From assembly GCA_037143235.1 (NCBI GenBank), contig JBAWZC010000002.1:47186-111185 (forward strand): a stretch of 64,000 nt of DNA, given 5' to 3'. Positions 38,322 to 48,274 of the stretch are shown here, in pieces. The notes beneath the pieces were generated by a model. It worked only from the letters and a program-made list of their open reading frames with translations, made no database searches and was not told the origin of the DNA. Position numbers and translations under genes: made by a program. The stretch is from Candidatus Berkelbacteria bacterium (GTDB lineage Bacteria > Patescibacteriota > UBA1384 > XYA2-FULL-43-10 > 1-14-0-10-43-13). Within the stretch, counting starts at the first letter, position 1, and every line of letters begins with the position of its first letter.

Positions 38322-38819
38322 TCAATCATTGTCAGAAAATGCCCCGAAAATATCATAAGAATATACTGTCGTCGGTTCGTCCCGATCATTTGTCGTCTCA
38401 CTAAGATATTTCCAGCCCATCTTCTCGTATAGTCCATGAGCAGTTTCAGTATGAAGGTATATTTTCTTTATTCCCATATCTTTTGCTTTTCTTATAGCCG
38501 CCTCGATCAATCGCTGAGCGATACCATGGCCGCGAAAATCTTTATCGACATAGACAGAGGCAAGCCATGGCGTAAGATCTAGCCGTTTTTCTAGATCATC
38601 CTCGACTATTGCGATAGTCCCGATGCATTGGTCTTTTTCGAAAGCGATTATGATCTGCGGCACTTTGTCCAAGCTTAACCCTTGCTCAATTTTCACCTTC
38701 TTTTTCGCAATTCCCTGTTCGGTTTTATCGCTCCCCCACTCCAAACACCAAAATTCTGCAACCTTACCAACAAATTGATTTTGATTCACCAAATTATCAA
38801 TTTGAATATTATTTTTCAC
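38322..38819 (-). CDS. GNAT acetyltransferase
   Basis: PWLASVYVDKDFRGHGIA, LYEKMGW. Confidence 0.92.
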   Translation of the reverse strand: MKNNIQIDNLVNQNQFVGKVAEFWCLEWGSDKTEQGIAKKKVKIEQGLSLDKVPQIIIAFEKDQCIGTIAIVEDDLEKRLDLTPWLASVYVDKDFRGHGIAQRLIEAAIRKAKDMGIKKIYLHTETAHGLYEKMGWKYLSETTNDRDEPTTVYSYDIFGAFSDND

Positions 38820-38839
38820 CTAAATGAACATATTTTTAT

Positions 38840-39466
38840 TTAGACTTTACACAACAAATCTATCGCCTCAACTAGTTTGCCACTAAAATTGACATCCATA
38901 TTAATCGCCTGACAGCTATATTTCTCACTTTCTTTTTCAAAGTATTTGCTATATTCAGAAATCATAGCTGCAATTTTCCCATAAGTGTCTTCATTTTTTG
39001 TCCGAGCGATAATCCAATCATTTGGAGTAGTACTTTTTCGAATGTTTTGAACAAATAATTCTTGATCAAGTTTAATCAAAAATATACTCTTAATTTTCCC
39101 TTCGAATTTTTTACTTAGCCCTGCAACTAACTCAGGCTCCACATGATAGCCTTCGATAATAAAATCGTTTCCATCAGCTATCTCACATTCTGCAAACATT
39201 TCAATCGCTCGATAAACGGTTTTTGCCTGTTCTGTGTAAGCATTGATAATCTCATGGGCCGAATATTTCCCGTATTTTTCATCATTACTACCGCACCTCT
39301 GACCTCCAACTGGAAATTTGGTCGTTAAATCATTCTGACCCATATATGGTTTTATAACGTTTTGGAGGGTATCGGTGGAGACCCACGGCATTCCAAGGGT
39401 TTTTGATAATGTTTTTGCCAGTGTAGTTTTACCACATTTTGGTGGACCGCCAATCAAATAAATCAT
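38840..39466 (-). CDS. P-loop kinase (2-phosphoglycerate kinase-like)
   Basis: LIGGPPKCGKTT, IIEG.H. Confidence 0.8.
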   Translation of the reverse strand: MIYLIGGPPKCGKTTLAKTLSKTLGMPWVSTDTLQNVIKPYMGQNDLTTKFPVGGQRCGSNDEKYGKYSAHEIINAYTEQAKTVYRAIEMFAECEIADGNDFIIEGYHVEPELVAGLSKKFEGKIKSIFLIKLDQELFVQNIRKSTTPNDWIIARTKNEDTYGKIAAMISEYSKYFEKESEKYSCQAINMDVNFSGKLVEAIDLLCKV

Positions 39467-39486
39467 TTTATTTATTTCCGTTTTTA

Positions 39487-39864
39487 TTAATTGATAATAT
39501 TTCCGCTTCTTTCTTGTGGCACAGCATTGATCTGCTCCACAGCACCGCGCAATTTCTTGTGGTTGGCGATATAGTCTTGCAACGACGCCTCCATTTCTTT
39601 CATGAGCGAATACATCAGACCCTCGGCCTGCACGAGCTGGATCATATTTTCAGCCGAAGGACTCTGCCCATCAGCAAGATTTTGTTTCCACTGATTTGTC
39701 AATTCGATCAACTTGGCCTGCATCTCTTTTTGTTCATCCCGAAGATTTACTACTTCGTTAATCAGAAAAGATAAGGTGTCACCAGCTGCACGAATCTGGT
39801 CAATTTTCATCTCCTGATCTTGAACTTCAGGCTCTTGCCCTGTATATTCAGTTCTTCCAATCAT
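39487..39864 (-). CDS. Hypothetical coiled-coil protein
   Basis: GAGGAG SD; helical composition. Confidence 0.65.
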   Translation of the reverse strand: MIGRTEYTGQEPEVQDQEMKIDQIRAAGDTLSFLINEVVNLRDEQKEMQAKLIELTNQWKQNLADGQSPSAENMIQLVQAEGLMYSLMKEMEASLQDYIANHKKLRGAVEQINAVPQERSGNIIN

Positions 39865-40096
39865 TCTCCTCCTCTTGAGATTATATAATGCTAAATATTT
39901 TTCATCTAAATACTAGCACTTTACGCATATTTAGCAAACGGCCGGATGGGCCGTTCGAAACACTTCAGATATGCATACCCCCCCTAACTCCCCCTATCTT
40001 AGGGGGAGGAAAATACTAAAACACCTCATACATCTGAGGTGTTTGTAATTACGATCAATATTACCTGATTAACTGTGAGTGTTATATTATTGTCAT

Positions 40097-40137
40097 AATG
40101 TAATAATTAGTACGCTATAGCTTGGTAATTGTTACAT
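40097..40137. repeat. 41-bp palindromic direct repeat, copy 1
   Basis: AATGTAATAATTAGTACGCTATAGCTTGGTAATTGTTACAT; contains the stop codon of the 40132-40674 gene. Confidence 0.9.
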
Positions 40138-40674
40138 TGGGGATTGATCGAGATTGAAATAGCGAATAAGTTTGCTCTGAATTGGGAGATGATCCGTATT
40201 TAGATAAACGACAAATGGCGCAATGCTCAGGTTTTGTGCGATGATCGCGACCTCCTCTTTACATTCATACGGATACGCCCAGAGACTCTTTTGCACTTTA
40301 TAAAATCCAGACTCTTTTAACTTGTCCTTGAAACAATCACGCTCTTTCTTGTATTTTTCCGGAACATCCCAACAGACGATATGCCACAAACCATCCCATT
40401 CCTCATCTTCAGCTGGTGCATTTATCTGAATATCCTCTACCTGAATCATCTTCAGCAGCCGCATACCTTTTTTGCTTAATGTGATCTCTTCGCCAGAAAG
40501 ATATATTAATTTATCGTCGAACAATTTCTTGATAATTTTCTTGTTGTAATATTTATCCTGTCGCTTTACAACTTTGAGTGCTTGGAGAGCATTCGGCACA
40601 AGTAGCAATACCCCGACCAAGAATGCGGCTCCTATCACTTTTAGCACTACCTTTTTCTTTTCCGATATCCTCAT
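40132..40674 (-). CDS. PaaX-like / Cas2-VapD-fold protein
   Basis: wHTH-like LSKKG followed by WDGLWHIVCWDVPE..R...GF..VQKSLW. Confidence 0.8.
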   Translation of the reverse strand: MRISEKKKVVLKVIGAAFLVGVLLLVPNALQALKVVKRQDKYYNKKIIKKLFDDKLIYLSGEEITLSKKGMRLLKMIQVEDIQINAPAEDEEWDGLWHIVCWDVPEKYKKERDCFKDKLKESGFYKVQKSLWAYPYECKEEVAIIAQNLSIAPFVVYLNTDHLPIQSKLIRYFNLDQSPM

Positions 40675-40697
40675 ATATACATTATACCAAATACCAA

Positions 40698-40738
40698 AAT
40701 GTAATAATTACTGCGCTATAGCTTGGTAATTATTACAT
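40698..40738. repeat. 41-bp palindromic direct repeat, copy 2
   Basis: AATGTAATAATTACTGCGCTATAGCTTGGTAATTATTACAT; 38/41 identical to copy 1. Confidence 0.9.
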
Positions 40739-40820
40739 AAATATTTAGGGGGGCACCAATTTTTGCTGCTGCTTTGCGACAAGGTATTTGCGACAGGTAT
40801 CTGTGTTGCGTTCGGCTACG

Positions 40821-41165
40821 CTATCTCAAGATTTTTGACTTGAAATACTTTTCTTGGAAATTAACCATCTTCATGATCGCACCGTCATCCAAATCTTCAG
40901 CAGCACCAGGGGTGGCAACAATGAGTTTGTCATCGTCATCATCCAACCGATGAATTATCGCAATACACTTGCCAACCGATCTCTCAACAGGCTTGCTCTC
41001 ACCAAGCAAATAAACATCTATTTCTTCGCCGTCACCAGAAATCGTATCTGGCACATAACCATAGTTCACTTCGTAATATATGTCATGTTTAGGATGCTTA
41101 GTTCCGAGCGGCCGATCAATCACGACCTCTATCAGCTTGCCAATGTATTTACTAAAATCAGTCAT
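40821..41165 (-). CDS. Inorganic pyrophosphatase (short family I-like)
   Basis: YEVNYGYVP...DGEEIDVY, DDDDKL. Confidence 0.85.
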   Translation of the reverse strand: MTDFSKYIGKLIEVVIDRPLGTKHPKHDIYYEVNYGYVPDTISGDGEEIDVYLLGESKPVERSVGKCIAIIHRLDDDDDKLIVATPGAAEDLDDGAIMKMVNFQEKYFKSKILR

Positions 41166-41781
41166 TTTCTTCCTTTGTGATGTTTTCTATTAGTTCGGGA
41201 AATTGTTTAACACTCACATGGCCGTAGCCATTCAAGACGACAGACTTGGCAGTTGGCAGCGATATCTGGAATTTTTCAAAATCAGTCACAGGAACTATCG
41301 GATCATCGACACTGTGATAAATATAAATCTTTCCAACCTGCTTAGTAATGTTTTCTAGGTTTTCTGGAATAGTAAAATCCGCAACTTTAACCGTGTCATT
41401 ATGAGCGGGGGCAATCAAGTGCAATTGAGAGATTATCTTCGGAAAAGTATTTTCCGCCAAATATTTAGCTAAAAATGTTCCACCAAGTGAACTACCGATG
41501 AGAATAACCTCGTCAGACAAAAACGGCAACATCCGCTCAAACCAAATTTTCCACTCCACATATCGAGCGTTTTCTTTGTTTGGCATTTGAGGCAACAGCA
41601 CTTCAAAGCCTTCGCCCAAATCTTCATCTAAAGTACTTTTCCAATCAGTCTTTTTTGGGAACCATTTTATACTTACCTCACAGGTCTTCAGATTATTTAA
41701 AAAATCATCGTTTGTTTCAAACGACTCACCGCCTCGGATAAGAATAACTTGCTTGTTACCTATCACACTATTCCTTGCCAT
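41158..41781 (-). CDS. Alpha/beta hydrolase (RBBP9/YdeN-like)
   Basis: GSSLGG, HS.DDPIVP, GH. Confidence 0.88.
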   Translation of the reverse strand: MARNSVIGNKQVILIRGGESFETNDDFLNNLKTCEVSIKWFPKKTDWKSTLDEDLGEGFEVLLPQMPNKENARYVEWKIWFERMLPFLSDEVILIGSSLGGTFLAKYLAENTFPKIISQLHLIAPAHNDTVKVADFTIPENLENITKQVGKIYIYHSVDDPIVPVTDFEKFQISLPTAKSVVLNGYGHVSVKQFPELIENITKEEND

Positions 41782-41875
41782 CTTTTTTCTTCTCTTCCTC
41801 TTGCTCTTTTTGATCTTGTTCGGCCCTAGCGATCAGCTCCTGAATATCAGCCGGTAACTTATCATTTTTTGCCAT
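41768..41875 (-). CDS. 35-aa charged small protein
   Basis: GAGGA SD; MAKNDKLPADIQELIARAEQDQKEQEEEKKKDGKE; stop overlaps next gene start. Confidence 0.5.
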   Translation of the reverse strand: MAKNDKLPADIQELIARAEQDQKEQEEEKKKDGKE

Positions 41876-41893
41876 TGTTTTCCTCATTCTAAT

Positions 41894-42418
41894 TTATTTT
41901 TCTATTCCGTATCCGCCAAGGACAGGATCCTTAAAAAGAAAGTTTTTGGGCGGAAAATAGGTAAAGAGCGAAAATGCCAGCAAGAGCAGCACTGTCATCA
42001 TGGCGGAAATGGTTTTGAAACCCCAAACTTTCCTTGCCGTTTCCAGACGGTAGGCCAAAATATGACCAAGTATGACAGCAACAATGAAATTTGCGATGTC
42101 GATAAGGAAAAAATCACCGACAGTAGCAAGCGATGCATAAAATACCAAGATGATGAAAACCGGCATCACAAAAAGTTTTTTTGCTTGAGCTAGACAAAAA
42201 TTTGGCACATTTCTACCGATAGAATAGTAGGCAATCGCAGAAAAGATGAACGCTGGCCAAAACGCCAACTTCAAGTGTTCCCAAGTACTTTCATTGACCG
42301 CACCAAAAAAGGCAACCGGCTTGAGATTTCCGGACCAACCATAGACAAAATGTAGCAATGATCCGATGACGATAGTGCCGACCGCACTCCAAATCTCAAA
42401 CTTCTTTAGTCTTTCCAC
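41894..42418 (-). CDS. Conserved membrane protein
   Basis: GSLLHFVY, NESTWEHLKL motif; ~5 TM. Confidence 0.8.
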   Translation of the reverse strand: MERLKKFEIWSAVGTIVIGSLLHFVYGWSGNLKPVAFFGAVNESTWEHLKLAFWPAFIFSAIAYYSIGRNVPNFCLAQAKKLFVMPVFIILVFYASLATVGDFFLIDIANFIVAVILGHILAYRLETARKVWGFKTISAMMTVLLLLAFSLFTYFPPKNFLFKDPVLGGYGIEK

Positions 42419-42464
42419 TGGCCTCCTTTTTTAAAACACCTCACATATATGAGGTGTTTGGCTT

Positions 42465-44096
42465 TTACATCTTGTCTGGAGCTTCGATGCTGCACAGATT
42501 TAAAACATTTTTTAGAACTGATTTTGTAGCTAAAATAAGAGCGAGACGAGCAGTTCTGATCTCAACCGCTTCGTCAACGATCCGACAGCTACCATAAAAA
42601 TCATGAAATAGCTTCGCAATTTTGTAAGCGTAATGGGGGAGTGACTGAACTTGAAAATCAATGGCAACTTCCGACACAATTTCGGGAAATTTAATAATCT
42701 CCTTCATCAGAGAGACCTCTTTTTCGTTGGTCAGAAGCGAGAGATCGGCGCCAGCCGCGTCCTCCCCTGTCTTGGCCAAAATACTGCAGATCCTTGCATG
42801 AGCGTATTTGATATAGAAAACTGGATTTTTTTCCGAGCGGTCAGCGGCCAGATCAATGTCAAAATCAAATGGAGTATTTAGGTTCTGCGAGAGAATAAAA
42901 TATTTATAGGCATCTGGCTGAACACCCGCCTCTATCACCTCTTTCAGAGTGACAAAATTGCCGAGACGCTTGCCCATGCTGAAGGACTTCCCCGCTTTGG
43001 TCAGTCGGATAAATTGATACAGGACGATCTCCAAGATGTCCTCGCTGTAGCCGAGAGCCTTCATCGCCGCCTTCATCCTTGGGATATGACCGGAACTATT
43101 TGCACCCCAAACATCAATAATTTTATCGAAGCCGCGGCCGATCTTGTCAAGGTGGTAGCTAATATCGTTCGCAAAGTAAGTTAGGGTTTTGCCTGCGTCG
43201 CTCTTTACCAAAACTGACTCTAGGTCCTCGAGGTTGGCATCATCCGGTCGTTTGAACCAGATTGCCCCATCTTTTTCGGCCGTAAAGCCCAGCTGTTTCA
43301 GCTTTTCTATCGCCTCTTTTGACCTGCCCGTCTCTGAAAATTCACTTTCATAACTAAATTTATCAAAAACAATCCCCAGCAATTTGGCATCCTGTTTGAT
43401 TTTCTCAATCATCAACCTTAGACCCTCTTCGCGGAAAAGTTTCAACATTTCACTCTCATTATTCGCAATAATAGCAAGTTTATCAGCGTAGTTTTTCTGA
43501 ACTTCTTCAGAAGTTTCCTTGATATAGGCCGCCGGATACCCACCCTCTGGAAACTCTAGCGCTGGATTTGCTTTGACCAGATACCAATAAGCCAGCGAAC
43601 GCTCGAACTTACCGATCTGAATACCAACATCATTAACATAATATTCGCGCGTCACATCGTAACCCAAAAATTCATAAACATTGGCAATAGCGGCGCCGAT
43701 CGGACCGCTTCTGGCATTGCCAACATGTAGCGGACCAGTCGGATTGGCCGAGATATATTCGACATTAACTGTCTTACCCTTACCAACGCTCGTCCGTCCG
43801 TATAGTTCTTTTTGCTCCAAAATCTTGGCCAGCTCCGAGAGAATAATCTCTGATTTTAAGGTAATATTGATAAAGCCGGGGCCAGCTATCTCCGCTTTTT
43901 CTATCTCTGGAAGCTTGACCAAAAGCTCGATCACTTTGGCAGCATTTTCGCGTGGATTGCCCGAGATGACCATCGCCAGATTTGTCGCAAAGTCACCCAT
44001 CGAACTGCGTGGTGGCACCTCGACATTAAAATTAGCCGAGCCAAAACCCAGCTCCTCAGCAATCGCACTCAATTTTTCAGTAACAAATTTTTTCAT
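42465..44096 (-). CDS. argS: Arginine--tRNA ligase
   Basis: GDFATN, AGPGFIN, EYISANPTGPLHVGNAR, YAHARI. Confidence 0.97.
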   Translation of the reverse strand: MKKFVTEKLSAIAEELGFGSANFNVEVPPRSSMGDFATNLAMVISGNPRENAAKVIELLVKLPEIEKAEIAGPGFINITLKSEIILSELAKILEQKELYGRTSVGKGKTVNVEYISANPTGPLHVGNARSGPIGAAIANVYEFLGYDVTREYYVNDVGIQIGKFERSLAYWYLVKANPALEFPEGGYPAAYIKETSEEVQKNYADKLAIIANNESEMLKLFREEGLRLMIEKIKQDAKLLGIVFDKFSYESEFSETGRSKEAIEKLKQLGFTAEKDGAIWFKRPDDANLEDLESVLVKSDAGKTLTYFANDISYHLDKIGRGFDKIIDVWGANSSGHIPRMKAAMKALGYSEDILEIVLYQFIRLTKAGKSFSMGKRLGNFVTLKEVIEAGVQPDAYKYFILSQNLNTPFDFDIDLAADRSEKNPVFYIKYAHARICSILAKTGEDAAGADLSLLTNEKEVSLMKEIIKFPEIVSEVAIDFQVQSLPHYAYKIAKLFHDFYGSCRIVDEAVEIRTARLALILATKSVLKNVLNLCSIEAPDKM

Positions 44097-44107
44097 ATCA
44101 AATTCAA

Positions 44108-45286
44108 TTACCTTATTTTGTACACTCTCAATTTGCCGATCTGCACAATCGTGCCAACAGCTAATTTAATCGTCTCATCAAGAGCGGTAATTTTTACAGA
44201 ATCGATTTTTAATCCACCCTGCTCGACGAGCCGACGAGCATCAGATCGTGAAACGGTCGTGTCCAGCGCGACGATCAGATCGATAGGCAGATACTCTTTG
44301 CCCGAGAGAGAAACTTCAATCACATTGGCGGAAACTTCTCTATTAGAAAATACACGAGTAAACTCGTCCTTAGCCGCCTTTGCTGCTGCATCACCATGAT
44401 AAATAGTCACAATCTCGGTTGCAAGCAACATCTTTATCTCCTTGGGATTTTCGCCATCAAGTCTTTTCTTGATCTCCAGTAATTTTGCTTCACCGTAATT
44501 AGCGGCCAATTCAAAATATTCCATCAGAGCACTGTCCGGGATCGACATAATCTTGCCAAACATATTGTCTGCCGATTCGGTGATCGCAATATAATTGTCC
44601 TTTGATTTGCTCATCTTGATCTTGCCGTCAGTACCCACGAGCAATTTGAAGATCATAATATCCTGAGGTTTTTGCCCCGTCTTTTTCTGATATGAACGAC
44701 CAGCCAAAATATTGAATCTCTGATCGCTGCCGCCAACCTCAATATCGGCCCTTAGCATGACAGAATCATAGGCCTGCATCACAGGATAGAGCAATTCATG
44801 AAGCCCAATCTCAGTATTGCCTGAAAGTCTTTTCTGAAAATCATCTCGCTCCAAGATCGAGGAAACAGTAAACTTGGCGGTAATCTGCAGAATTTCAGCG
44901 AAGCTCAAATCAGCAAACCACTCAGAATTATAACGAATTTCTGTCTTGTCGATATCCAATATTTTGCCAACCTGCTCAAAATAAGTATCGGCATTGACCT
45001 TAATCTCGGAGTCTGACAAAATCGGCCGAGTTGTATTTACGCCAGACGGATCGCCGATCTTAGTCGTATAGTCGCCAATCAAGAATATAATAGTATGACC
45101 AGCATCCTGCAACGCTTTCAGCTTCCAAAGCACTACAGCATGACCAAGATGAATATCAGGACGAGTCGGATCAACACCAAACTTAATTCGCAACTTTTCG
45201 CCCGACGCTAGTCGATCACGCAAAGACTTTTCGTCAATCAGATCGAGTACTCCATTTTTGAAAAAATCTGTTGATAAATTGTTCAT
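44108..45286 (-). CDS. tyrS: Tyrosine--tRNA ligase
   Basis: DPTRPDIHLGH, GGSDQ, KMSKS, C-terminal S4 domain. Confidence 0.97.
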   Translation of the reverse strand: MNNLSTDFFKNGVLDLIDEKSLRDRLASGEKLRIKFGVDPTRPDIHLGHAVVLWKLKALQDAGHTIIFLIGDYTTKIGDPSGVNTTRPILSDSEIKVNADTYFEQVGKILDIDKTEIRYNSEWFADLSFAEILQITAKFTVSSILERDDFQKRLSGNTEIGLHELLYPVMQAYDSVMLRADIEVGGSDQRFNILAGRSYQKKTGQKPQDIMIFKLLVGTDGKIKMSKSKDNYIAITESADNMFGKIMSIPDSALMEYFELAANYGEAKLLEIKKRLDGENPKEIKMLLATEIVTIYHGDAAAKAAKDEFTRVFSNREVSANVIEVSLSGKEYLPIDLIVALDTTVSRSDARRLVEQGGLKIDSVKITALDETIKLAVGTIVQIGKLRVYKIR

Positions 45287-45436
45287 TTTGATACCTATGT
45301 AAAAATAATTACTAATTTATTGGCCAAATCATCATTTGTAGCCTCAGGTTTCTCCCTGATTTTTTCTTGCTTCTATTTACATCCTAACAATATCACCGTA
45401 TAATGTAAAGCTAAGAGGGGTATAAATTTTATAAAA

Positions 45437-48274
45437 ATGAAACCAAATATTTGGACTAGAGTTATTGCGTTTTTCAAACATCATCCGAAAGTCACTCCCA
45501 AAGACATCAAAACTAAGGCCGGTCGAAAGAAGATCTGGAGAGTAATTTTGATTTGGTCTGTCTACGCCCTGCTGGCTCTGATCATTTTCATAGGTCTGGC
45601 CTTTGTTTGGTTTGCCAAAGATTTGCCCACCCCAAACAATATTGCCAACCGCAAACCGACAATGTCAACCAAGATTTATGATCGCACCGGCACAATCTTA
45701 CTCTACGAGGCCGGCGACCAGAAACGCACTATCATCACCTCTGCCGATATTCCCCAAACAGTCAAAGACGCAACTGTCGCTGCCGAAGACACTCGTTTTT
45801 ATCAACACAACGGTTTCGATACCAGAGGCATTTTCATGGCTCTCTATGAAAAGATTACCGGCAAAACCAGAGTTACGAGAGGCGGATCAACAATCACCCA
45901 ACAATATGTCAAAAATTCGTTTCTGACCGCGGATCGTTCGCTCATTCGCAAATTCAAAGAGCTGATTTTGTCAATCGAACTTGAGGCAATGTATAGCAAG
46001 GACCAAATCCTGACCATGTACCTGAACGAGATTCCTTACGGCAACAACACCGGCGGTATCGAAGCTGCTTCACAGATGTATTATGGCAAACCCGCCAAGG
46101 AACTCGACCTAGCCCAATCTGCTACTTTGGTTGCTATCCCTCAATCCCCAACCAGACTCTCGCCCTACGGCACTCACCTCGATCAATTGGTTGAACGGCG
46201 CAATTATGTCCTAAACCAGATGGTAAAGATTGGTAAAATAACCGTCGAACAAGCAGACGAAGCCAAAAAAGAAGATACAACCACTCTCGGTACAGTTGTG
46301 AAACCGAAACGCGAATCGATGAAGGCACCACATTTTGCAATGTATGTTTTGAATGATTTGGCCGAAAAGTACGGTGACGACAAGATTCAAAAAGAGGGTT
46401 TGAGGGTAGTCACCACGCTCGACATGGACAAACAAAAAGTTGCTGAAGACACAATTGCCAACAACATCAAACAGCTCACTAGTCACGGCGCCAACAATGC
46501 TGCACTAGTTTCCGTCGATCCCAAAACTGGCCAAGTTCTGGCTATGATTGGTTCCAAAAATTACTTCGATACTACCATCGACGGCAATGTAAATGTCGCT
46601 GACTCTCGACGACAACCAGGGTCATCGTGGAAACCAATTGTTTACTCGACCTTGTTTAAAGGTAAATATTCCCCATCAAGCACAATCTTTGACCTCACCA
46701 CTGATTTTGGTGGCGGCTATATTCCCCATGACGCCGACGAGAAAAACCGCGGACCACTTACCGCCAGACAGTCTCTCGCCAACTCTCTAAACATTCCTGC
46801 CATCAAATCAGTCATGGTGGCTGGCATTGACAACACGATCAAGACAGCAGTCGAGCTCGGAATTACTGGCATCGATAGTGCCGCCCAACGCAAAACTTAT
46901 GGTGCATCTTTTGGCATCGGCGTTGCTGAGGTTAAGCCCATCGACATGGCCAACGCTTTTTCGGCTTTTGCTAATGGTGGATACAAGAGCGACATCACCT
47001 CAGTACTTCAAGTTTACGACGCTAATAACAAATTGATCTACGATAACGAAAAAGAAAAAGCTGAACCAAAAAAAGTTCTTGAGCCAGAAATTGCCTACGA
47101 AATTGCCAGCATGATGAGCGATAACGATGCCAGAGCTTTAGTTTTTGGTAGTCGCAGTGCACTTTATTTCCCAGACCGAACAGTCGCCGCCAAAACTGGC
47201 ACCACCAGCGACAACAAAGATGCTTGGACTGTCGGATACACTCCGTCTCTCTCGACTGCAATTTGGGTTGGCAACACCAGAGGAGAACCGATGAAGGTTG
47301 GTACCTTCGGCTCGGATATTGCCGGACCAATCTTTCATCAATTTATGGTTGGGGCTCTAAAAAGTGTTCCAAACGAAGATTTTGTCAAACCTTCCACTAT
47401 CCAAACACTCACTGTCGCCAGATATTCCAATAAGCTGCCAAGTGATACCACGACCGAAACTATTACTGACATTTTTGCCCCTTGGCAGATACCAACCGAA
47501 AAAGACGACTCATTTTCTCGTCTCAATGTCTGTTCCAACGACGGGAAGCTTGCTCCGGCTGGCGCTACTTCTAGCCTGATTGTCGAAAAGATTTTTGCCA
47601 ATATTCACTCCGAGATGCCGAATAACTCAAATTGGGAAAATCCGGTCAGAGGTTGGCTAATCAACGCTGGTTTTGCTCTCGACCCACCAACTGAGACCTG
47701 CGATCTTTCTGCTGTTGCCCCAAGTATTTCCATTACTTCACCGAAAGATCAGTCGACCGTGACAGGCTCGGCAGACATTACTGTGTCGGTAAATACAGCT
47801 ATCTCTGTCAATCAAGTAGAAATTAAGATCGACAATATCTCAGTAGCTACTCTTACTACCGCACCATATAGCGCGACCTACAATTTTGATTCTCTCTCGG
47901 GAGGCAATCACACCATTACTGCTATTATCACCGATGGCTTAAACAAAACCGCTTCAACTTCCATCGCCGTCTCGACGCCAGAAAAAGTCATTCCTATCGT
48001 GATCACAGGAGTCGAGGCAACAAATATTACTGCCACAAGTGCAACTATCAATTGGACGACAAACTCACCAGGAAACTCCCACATCACCTACTGGAAGGTC
48101 ACAGCGCCATCGCAAAAACTTACCGCTGACAGTGAAACACTCACCAAAACACATACCCTGTCGATAGCTAGTCTGTCTGCCGCTGCGACTTATATCTACA
48201 CTGTTGGTTCTACTAACTCACAGGGCACAATCACAAGTCCTGAGAAAAGCTTTACGACACCAGCAACTCTTTGA
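45437..48274 (+). CDS. Class A penicillin-binding protein with C-terminal Ig-like and FN3-like domains
   Basis: EDTRF..H.G, GGSTITQQ, RK..E; SSWK, SLN, KTGT. Confidence 0.95.
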   Translation: MKPNIWTRVIAFFKHHPKVTPKDIKTKAGRKKIWRVILIWSVYALLALIIFIGLAFVWFAKDLPTPNNIANRKPTMSTKIYDRTGTILLYEAGDQKRTIITSADIPQTVKDATVAAEDTRFYQHNGFDTRGIFMALYEKITGKTRVTRGGSTITQQYVKNSFLTADRSLIRKFKELILSIELEAMYSKDQILTMYLNEIPYGNNTGGIEAASQMYYGKPAKELDLAQSATLVAIPQSPTRLSPYGTHLDQLVERRNYVLNQMVKIGKITVEQADEAKKEDTTTLGTVVKPKRESMKAPHFAMYVLNDLAEKYGDDKIQKEGLRVVTTLDMDKQKVAEDTIANNIKQLTSHGANNAALVSVDPKTGQVLAMIGSKNYFDTTIDGNVNVADSRRQPGSSWKPIVYSTLFKGKYSPSSTIFDLTTDFGGGYIPHDADEKNRGPLTARQSLANSLNIPAIKSVMVAGIDNTIKTAVELGITGIDSAAQRKTYGASFGIGVAEVKPIDMANAFSAFANGGYKSDITSVLQVYDANNKLIYDNEKEKAEPKKVLEPEIAYEIASMMSDNDARALVFGSRSALYFPDRTVAAKTGTTSDNKDAWTVGYTPSLSTAIWVGNTRGEPMKVGTFGSDIAGPIFHQFMVGALKSVPNEDFVKPSTIQTLTVARYSNKLPSDTTTETITDIFAPWQIPTEKDDSFSRLNVCSNDGKLAPAGATSSLIVEKIFANIHSEMPNNSNWENPVRGWLINAGFALDPPTETCDLSAVAPSISITSPKDQSTVTGSADITVSVNTAISVNQVEIKIDNISVATLTTAPYSATYNFDSLSGGNHTITAIITDGLNKTASTSIAVSTPEKVIPIVITGVEATNITATSATINWTTNSPGNSHITYWKVTAPSQKLTADSETLTKTHTLSIASLSAAATYIYTVGSTNSQGTITSPEKSFTTPATL

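Noticed and set aside
37464-40738. CRISPR-Cas locus (Cas4-like, Cas2-like and palindromic repeats)
   Set aside because: Only two repeats, 560 bp apart with a gene between them; no cas1 or effector genes; no repeat-spacer array in the window.
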